Part shown: piece by piece, positions 58,826 to 64,000 of the stretch
Position numbering within the stretch: the stretch's first letter is position 1
Layout of the letters: the number at the start of each line of letters is the position of its first letter
NCBI GenBank assembly: GCA_048938855.1
Contig: JBHLLT010000002.1
Span: 320,001-384,000, forward strand
Direction: 5' to 3'
DNA from: Promethearchaeota archaeon
GTDB taxonomy: Archaea; Asgardarchaeota; Lokiarchaeia; Sigyniarchaeales; SOKP01
Length of the DNA: 64,000 nt
The notes under the pieces: generated by a model
The model's input: the letters and a program-made list of their open reading frames with translations, nothing else
What the model was told of the DNA's origin: nothing
The model's database searches: none
Program-made: the position numbers and the translations under genes

Positions 58826-59650
58826 ATGGAGAATCTGCAAAGATTTCAGAAAATTGTCGGTGTATATTCGTTTTATTTTGAAGAATTGCTATTTCACATG
58901 ATGACTCTGAATCAGACAGGATTCACATTATATAAAAAGAACAACAATATTTCTCTAATCTCAAGTGGTGATAGCACTTTAGATGAACTGCTTTCTGGAG
59001 GATTTCATCGGGATTTGGTGTATTTACTCTACGGAGATAAGAAACTAACAACTAATGTTTTATTGACTACGGCAGTTATCGCCCAAAAAGCTTTTACCAA
59101 TGGAGGGATTGGAGAAGGTATTAGAGTTGCTTTTATTGATGGAAATAATAGGTTTAATCCATATAATGTAAGTAAGTTTGCCGTGTCTCAGAATCTTTCC
59201 CCTCAAAAAACATTGGAAAACATTCTTATTTCACGGGCGTTCACATGGGATCAAATGGTCGAGATTTTGGAAAATAGACTTTCCGCACTAGAAGATGTGA
59301 AAGTTGTGCTAATATCTGGGATCACAACTATGTTTGAAGGTTACGAAAAACAGACATTCGAAGATCTCTTAAGAACTATAGACGGAATTAAACAAATACT
59401 TTGGAAAACAAATCCTCTCATTATCATAACGGCACCCTTACACGAAAACTCCCTTTTTAGACCGAAAGGTGGAAAAATCCTTTCGCATTTTGGAAATGTG
59501 CTCGTGATGATAAATGATGATGAAAGGTATGTAGAATATGTTCTCGTTCAGCACCCATATCTTCCAGAAAATCGGTTGTTGAAGTGGAAACCTCGTACAT
59601 CCAAGAAGAAAGTACCCTTAAAAAACACTACATTAGATTATTGGGTTTGA
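58826..59650 (+). CDS. RadA/RecA-fold protein with inactivated Walker A (PolB2-cassette type)
   Basis: ISSG...LDELLSGG, LLYGDKKLTT (no GKT), FIDGNNRFNPY, ILISRAFT.DQ; C-terminus KNTTLDYWV; start may be 58898. Confidence 0.85.
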   Translation: MENLQRFQKIVGVYSFYFEELLFHMMTLNQTGFTLYKKNNNISLISSGDSTLDELLSGGFHRDLVYLLYGDKKLTTNVLLTTAVIAQKAFTNGGIGEGIRVAFIDGNNRFNPYNVSKFAVSQNLSPQKTLENILISRAFTWDQMVEILENRLSALEDVKVVLISGITTMFEGYEKQTFEDLLRTIDGIKQILWKTNPLIIITAPLHENSLFRPKGGKILSHFGNVLVMINDDERYVEYVLVQHPYLPENRLLKWKPRTSKKKVPLKNTTLDYWV

Positions 59651-59654
59651 CAAA

Positions 59655-60077
59655 TTACCAAAATGCTTTTTCGAATTTGTCTATTGTATCCTGTAAACTA
59701 TCTTTAATTTGATTTTCGAAATCAACAAAAATACTTACATCATTATCCCAGTTATTAAAAAACTCTTTGGGATATATAGTGAAAAACTTATTTACAATTT
59801 TAGCAAGTTCTTCCTTGATCTTTTTTTCTTTAATTTTTTTTGGAGCATTTACTATAAATGAAATCCCAAATTGTTTCATAATGATATATTTGTTATCTTT
59901 AATTTCAAAACTAGATAAACCGCCACTTTCTAATTCTTCTGCTATTAGATTTAAAGCAGACATCAATGCCCCAATTAACTGTTCATCGACTTTTTTTTCA
60001 AGAACACGGTGAAATAAGACCGCTCCTGCATCATTTAGTATCCAAATGTCTTGTATTATTTTTTCCACTGAAATCAC
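59655..60077 (-). CDS. stand-alone longin-like domain protein
   Basis: DIWILNDAGAVLFHR...DEQLIGALMSAL..IAEEL...F..FENQI, the Asgard longin pattern. Confidence 0.75.
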   Translation of the reverse strand: MISVEKIIQDIWILNDAGAVLFHRVLEKKVDEQLIGALMSALNLIAEELESGGLSSFEIKDNKYIIMKQFGISFIVNAPKKIKEKKIKEELAKIVNKFFTIYPKEFFNNWDNDVSIFVDFENQIKDSLQDTIDKFEKAFW

Positions 60078-60167
60078 TGCTAAAATTATACCTAATTTTC
60101 TATATGATAATTAAAAAAAAAATATAAATATATTTTTTAATGTTAGGTTTAAAATAATAAAAAGTAT

Positions 60168-60902
60168 CTATTCTCTGGATTTGGGTCTTATATATCCATA
60201 GTATGCGCCAAAGATTCCAACAATGGCAGAAATCCACGCTAAATAATAAAAAGCTGTAAAACCGGGGTTTCCCAAAAGTACAAATACTCGATCTATTGCA
60301 AACCAAAGAAATATCAGCATAAAGCTAAAGGACATGATCGCTAATGACAAAAAAGCCTGTTTATACGCTTTTTCCTTTACAGCTCGATAAGACTCTATCG
60401 ATCTTCTCAAAAAAGGGCCATAAACCAAAACCATATAAATAAACACAAACAAGAACGCAAACACATCTAAAAGATGATTATCATTTAAATAGATGAATAA
60501 TACATAGAAACAACAAAATATTCCATAAATTATTACAACAATTCTTTGCCATTTGATATACCCTTTTTCAAAAACGCCTACTTTAAGGATATAAGACAAG
60601 AAAATCGCAATTGTTACAAAGAATTCGCTTAGTCGAAAATCTACTGTTATATTATACATCCAAGTAATTATAGATCCATCTTGTATTATACTTACCTGAG
60701 CGATAACAAATACTTTTGACAACCAAGAAAAAATTATTGCTATAAAGTAACAAAAGAAAATTAAGAAAAGCAATCGGGTTAATCTATGACGCTTTACGTA
60801 ATATTTTTTTAATATCAACCCCAATAAAATTGCTGCGAATAAGAGTATAAAAGATTCAAAGACCATACCTATAAAATTGAGTTGTAAATCATATTGAAAC
60901 AT
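60168..60902 (-). CDS. 7-TM membrane protein
   Basis: Seven hydrophobic segments counted by eye; no soluble output domain. Confidence 0.75.
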   Translation of the reverse strand: MFQYDLQLNFIGMVFESFILLFAAILLGLILKKYYVKRHRLTRLLFLIFFCYFIAIIFSWLSKVFVIAQVSIIQDGSIITWMYNITVDFRLSEFFVTIAIFLSYILKVGVFEKGYIKWQRIVVIIYGIFCCFYVLFIYLNDNHLLDVFAFLFVFIYMVLVYGPFLRRSIESYRAVKEKAYKQAFLSLAIMSFSFMLIFLWFAIDRVFVLLGNPGFTAFYYLAWISAIVGIFGAYYGYIRPKSRE

Positions 60903-61155
60903 GTTATTATTATGAAAATCTGCTCATTTAAAGTTTTATTTTAAAGAGAATTTTGTGCAAAAAAGAATTTTCTCTATAATTAGCTTGTTTTGTTTTCTTT
61001 AAACTATCCTTATCTCTCTATTTTTTATTTATTAAGAAAATGTGAATTTATCAAGGTTTTAAGATTAAATATATAAATATGTTTAGCCTTTAAATAACGT
61101 AAAGAATATTAGTCTAAATATAAAAGGAAAATAATTTTTGGAGGAGTGAAGAATT

Positions 61156-61506
61156 TTGGACATGAAAACATTTAAAAAGACATTTAAATTAATCTGTGAC
61201 TCATGTGGAGAATTTACTCATACAGATACTCAATATTGTGAAAAATGTGGGGCAGAAGCGGTAAGAACCGCAACGAAAGAAGATTATGAAAAACATAATA
61301 AAGAAGCAGATGATAAAGTTAAGGAATCTAGGAAAGTCGCTGATGGATTAAGAAAGGAAGCCGATAAAGTTAAAAAGAAAGCTGATAAAGTTAAAAAGGA
61401 AAAAAGAAAAGCTGAAAAGGAAGCTGAAGAAGCGGAGTGGGAAGCTGAAAGGGAAGCTGAAGAAGCAGAGTGGGAAGCAGCAAGAATTCAGAAGAAATCA
61501 GACTAA
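61156..61506 (+). CDS. zinc-ribbon protein with charged coiled-coil tail
   Basis: CDSCG...YCEKCG, then K/E/A repeats; GGAGGAGTGA SD upstream. Confidence 0.75.
   Translation: MDMKTFKKTFKLICDSCGEFTHTDTQYCEKCGAEAVRTATKEDYEKHNKEADDKVKESRKVADGLRKEADKVKKKADKVKKEKRKAEKEAEEAEWEAEREAEEAEWEAARIQKKSD
61360..61479 (+). repeat. in-frame 21-bp and 33-bp tandem duplications
   Basis: GCYGATAAAGTTAAAAAG twice; GCTGAAARGGAAGCTGAAGAAGCRGAGTGGGAA twice (61411-61476). Confidence 0.85.
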
Positions 61507-61597
61507 AAGTAACACAATTTTTAGAAAGATTAACGTTATTTAAGAATCGTTGGTTGGGGTATTACAGGATGTTTTAAATTTATAAATGTATCTATTC

Positions 61598-62011
61598 TTA
61601 TTTTTTCTTTTTTTTATACATATTTGGGTCTTTTTCCTCAAGTGTGAGAGGGTCTCCTCCATATTGTATCTTTCTGGCTGAATAATATAGAGTTGATTTT
61701 TCATCACAAATTTTATCCCATTCTTCTAAACCTAATTTTTGAATCATTACTGAGTTATAAACTTTTGAATTATGGGGAGTAAAGATCTCAAAATTTACAA
61801 TTGGTTGTAATTTCTCACAAGGAAATTCAGTACATTCGTAACAGAAATCATACCCTTTATTTGTTATACACTCATATGTCTTACAGACAGGAAACTTAAG
61901 GATTTGTCCTTGTTGCTCTCGACATCCTTTGCACCCAAACGATTCTACTCCTGGACACCTTTTACAATAAATTCCACATGGAGCATGCCAATTTTTTCTT
62001 TCTTCAGTCAT
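61598..62011 (-). CDS. DUF3795-like Cys-rich protein
   Basis: APCGIYCKRCP, CKGCR, CKTYEC, FCYECTEFPC. Confidence 0.82.
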   Translation of the reverse strand: MTEERKNWHAPCGIYCKRCPGVESFGCKGCREQQGQILKFPVCKTYECITNKGYDFCYECTEFPCEKLQPIVNFEIFTPHNSKVYNSVMIQKLGLEEWDKICDEKSTLYYSARKIQYGGDPLTLEEKDPNMYKKKKK

Positions 62012-62193
62012 ATTTCAAATCTTTCGTATATTAAAATAGTTTTTAGTTAAAAATTTTGGGTTTAATTTATAATCAATATATCTTCTCATTTTTCAAAAAG
62101 CATGAAAAGATTTAAATAGGTTATTTTATAATTAAATGATGGATTTCCCATATTTCAAATATCATGAAGTATAAATAGAGTTGAAAAAATTAA

Positions 62194-62334
62194 ATGTGTC
62201 ATTTTGTATATCCTAAAGGAGATATAAAAAAATGTGAATTATGTGAAGGTAATGGTGTTATTTATGTTTGGAGAAGTGATTTGGAAGAATTTGAGATGAT
62301 AATATGCCCAGAATGTCAAGGTACAGAAGATTAA
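62194..62334 (+). CDS. 46-aa DnaJ-type zinc-finger microprotein (not in ORF track)
   Basis: MCHFVYPKGDIKKCELCEGNGVIYVWRSDLEEFEMIICPECQGTED* contains CxxCxGxG and CxxCxGT. Confidence 0.7.
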   Translation: MCHFVYPKGDIKKCELCEGNGVIYVWRSDLEEFEMIICPECQGTED

Positions 62335-62348
62335 TTATAAGAGTTTAA

Positions 62349-63317
62349 TCACTTCAAACCCAAAAATCTAGCTGCATTCTTATAGATCCATTTTTCCTTT
62401 ACCTCTTCTTTTAGAGGCAATTTCATGACTTCATCAGCTAATTGCTTTATTGACATCCCCATAAAGAGCCAAGTGGATCCAAATAGAATTCTATCTTGCA
62501 GGACTGAATTTCCGTAATGGATAAGAGATTCCCACCCGGTTCCTTTCATACCAATATATTTTGGTAGATAAGAAGCAATATCAACGTAGATATTTGGGTT
62601 TCGCCATGCAACTGCAACAATTTCATTCACCCATGGCCATCCACCATGTCCAGCAATAATTTTTAAATTGGGAAAATCTTGAGCAACAATATCAAGATAT
62701 ATCGGGCGTTCTACTTCCATTGAATTAGTAGAATAATTAATAGATATATGAAACCATACTGGAATATCAAGTTCTACACAAACAGAATAAATAGGGTACA
62801 TCTTTTTATGGGATGGTGGAATTTGAAACATAAATGGTCTGAGAGCAATTCCTCTAAGGCCTAAATCATATGACCGTCTAATCTCTTTTAATGCTTTCTT
62901 TTTTTTTAGAGGATCTATACCCGCAAAACCTATAAACTTCTCAGGAAATTCTTTTACAATATTAGCATAGTAATCATTTGGCAGTCCGGCAATACTGCTA
63001 GGAGTTTCTTCATCTAAATTGAATATAACTGCTTTTTCAACACCCATTTTATCAAGCTGTTCCACAAACTTTTCAACGGGCATAGTTAGTTTTTGTATTT
63101 TTGCTAAAAGAGGTTCAATTGCCTTTTTTAGCTCAGATGTGCTCAGGGTTGATTTCATTTTGTATAGCTCTTCTGGTGTAATGCCTAAAAGAGGTGCTAC
63201 TCTTGGACCAAAAACATCCCTAAGATATCTTGCCATTTGAGGGGGCAACGAAACTAAAAGATCGACAAAAACCTCCTCTGTAGGCACATAACACAGAGAA
63301 TCAATTATCTTATACAT
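62349..63317 (-). CDS. amidohydrolase_2-family protein
   Basis: FAGIDP, PVWFH, IAGHGGWPW, NIYVDIA, ILFGS, NAARFL. Confidence 0.9.
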   Translation of the reverse strand: MYKIIDSLCYVPTEEVFVDLLVSLPPQMARYLRDVFGPRVAPLLGITPEELYKMKSTLSTSELKKAIEPLLAKIQKLTMPVEKFVEQLDKMGVEKAVIFNLDEETPSSIAGLPNDYYANIVKEFPEKFIGFAGIDPLKKKKALKEIRRSYDLGLRGIALRPFMFQIPPSHKKMYPIYSVCVELDIPVWFHISINYSTNSMEVERPIYLDIVAQDFPNLKIIAGHGGWPWVNEIVAVAWRNPNIYVDIASYLPKYIGMKGTGWESLIHYGNSVLQDRILFGSTWLFMGMSIKQLADEVMKLPLKEEVKEKWIYKNAARFLGLK

Positions 63318-63469
63318 ATCTTACCATCTCATAATTTCTATATAGTATTATAATTGGGATTATTCTCAATTTTTCTTATTAAGAAAAAAATCAGAAAACT
63401 AGTATTGTATTTTTGTTTTAATTTGTTAAATTACTTTCTTTTTTGGATTTATTAGATCAAGTGTCAAAT

Positions 63470-63736
63470 ATGGGAAGAACTGTACCCTCTTTTAGACCTG
63501 CATTAGAGCATGAAATTGAAAGCTGGAAAGACTTCAAAAGAGCATTACGTCCTAAAGAGCAGAAGATATTTGATAAATTGATGAATTTTGCTCGAATACA
63601 TGCTGATGCTGGGAGTATGAGCGCACGTCCAATGTTATCAGAAGTATTGTTTATTTCCTTTGCAATTGAACAAGAAAAAAAAATTGGTTTGTTAGAAGAG
63701 AAAGTAAAAGAATTAGAGAAACAATTGAAGGAATAA
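63470..63736 (+). CDS. small helical PolB2-associated protein (arCOG07300-like)
   Basis: MGRTVPSFR...W..FKRALR...FDKL...AR.HA.A, the gene type found directly upstream of polB2. Confidence 0.8.
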   Translation: MGRTVPSFRPALEHEIESWKDFKRALRPKEQKIFDKLMNFARIHADAGSMSARPMLSEVLFISFAIEQEKKIGLLEEKVKELEKQLKE

Positions 63737-63737
63737 T

Positions 63738-64000
63738 ATGAAATCTGAATTTCAAGAGCAATTTGATGGGTGGCTTTTAGATGTATCCACTTATGGCAAT
63801 GGAGTCATTCTTTGGGTTAAAACTGTAAAAGAACAACAAGTTATAAAAATTTTTCACGATTTCTGTCCTGAGTTTTTTGCTGTACCCCAAAAACATGTTG
63901 GCAAAGATTTTAAGAGATTAAAGCAGATTCTCAAATCCCACCATAATGTTAAAGACGTAAGAATCTGTGAAAAATATGTGACGCTCGAAGATCAAGAAAA
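63738..64000 (+). CDS. polB2: family B DNA polymerase (PolB2 type) N-terminus, truncated by the window edge
   Basis: ATG 1 nt after the upstream stop; MKSEFQEQFDGWLLDVSTYGNGVILWVKT...FCPEFFA open to the edge; call also relies on gene context. Confidence 0.7.
   Translation, partial: MKSEFQEQFDGWLLDVSTYGNGVILWVKTVKEQQVIKIFHDFCPEFFAVPQKHVGKDFKRLKQILKSHHNVKDVRICEKYVTLEDQE

Noticed and set aside
60168-60902. Microbial rhodopsin
   Set aside because: No retinal-binding Lys (DxxxK-type) motif in helix 7.
1808-63240. Many short antisense or overlapping ORF-track calls (e.g. 1881-2426, 5946-6242, 30240-30560, 43945-44370, 47197-47535)
   Set aside because: They are shadows of well-supported genes, with no motifs of their own.

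Overview
AT-rich archaeal chromosomal window. Gene content points to an Asgard archaeon, probably Lokiarchaeia: TFB, proteasome alpha, RFC, a Rab-like GTPase, longin-fold proteins, grpE-dnaK-dnaJ, and several FAD/Fe-S oxidoreductases, amidohydrolases and crotonases. About 60 CDS are present; I saw no rRNA, tRNA, CRISPR array or transposase. Housekeeping genes include acdA (partial), aor, pyk, fba, pepT, a sirtuin and an acyl-CoA ligase. Items worth follow-up: (1) a locus with a CoiA-like nuclease divergent from a His-rich protein, a minimal DUF6745-like protein, a TPR/Zn-ribbon protein and an XPD/Rad3 Fe-S helicase; (2) an orphan response regulator whose output domain looks like a uDENN/longin fold; (3) a split PolB2 cassette whose RadA-like protein lacks Walker A and ends in a PIP-box-like motif; (4) a 1758-aa protein made of MIT/TPR-like helical repeats, next to psmA and a Rab-like GTPase that appears to start at ATT behind a structured leader; (5) an RFC operon with an Rfc5-like degenerate small subunit; (6) a 7TM + longin gene pair; (7) a probable lipid redox cluster; (8) two unannotated Zn-finger microproteins and several palindromic or shared upstream motifs. 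All family calls are by-eye motif recognition; no searches were run.
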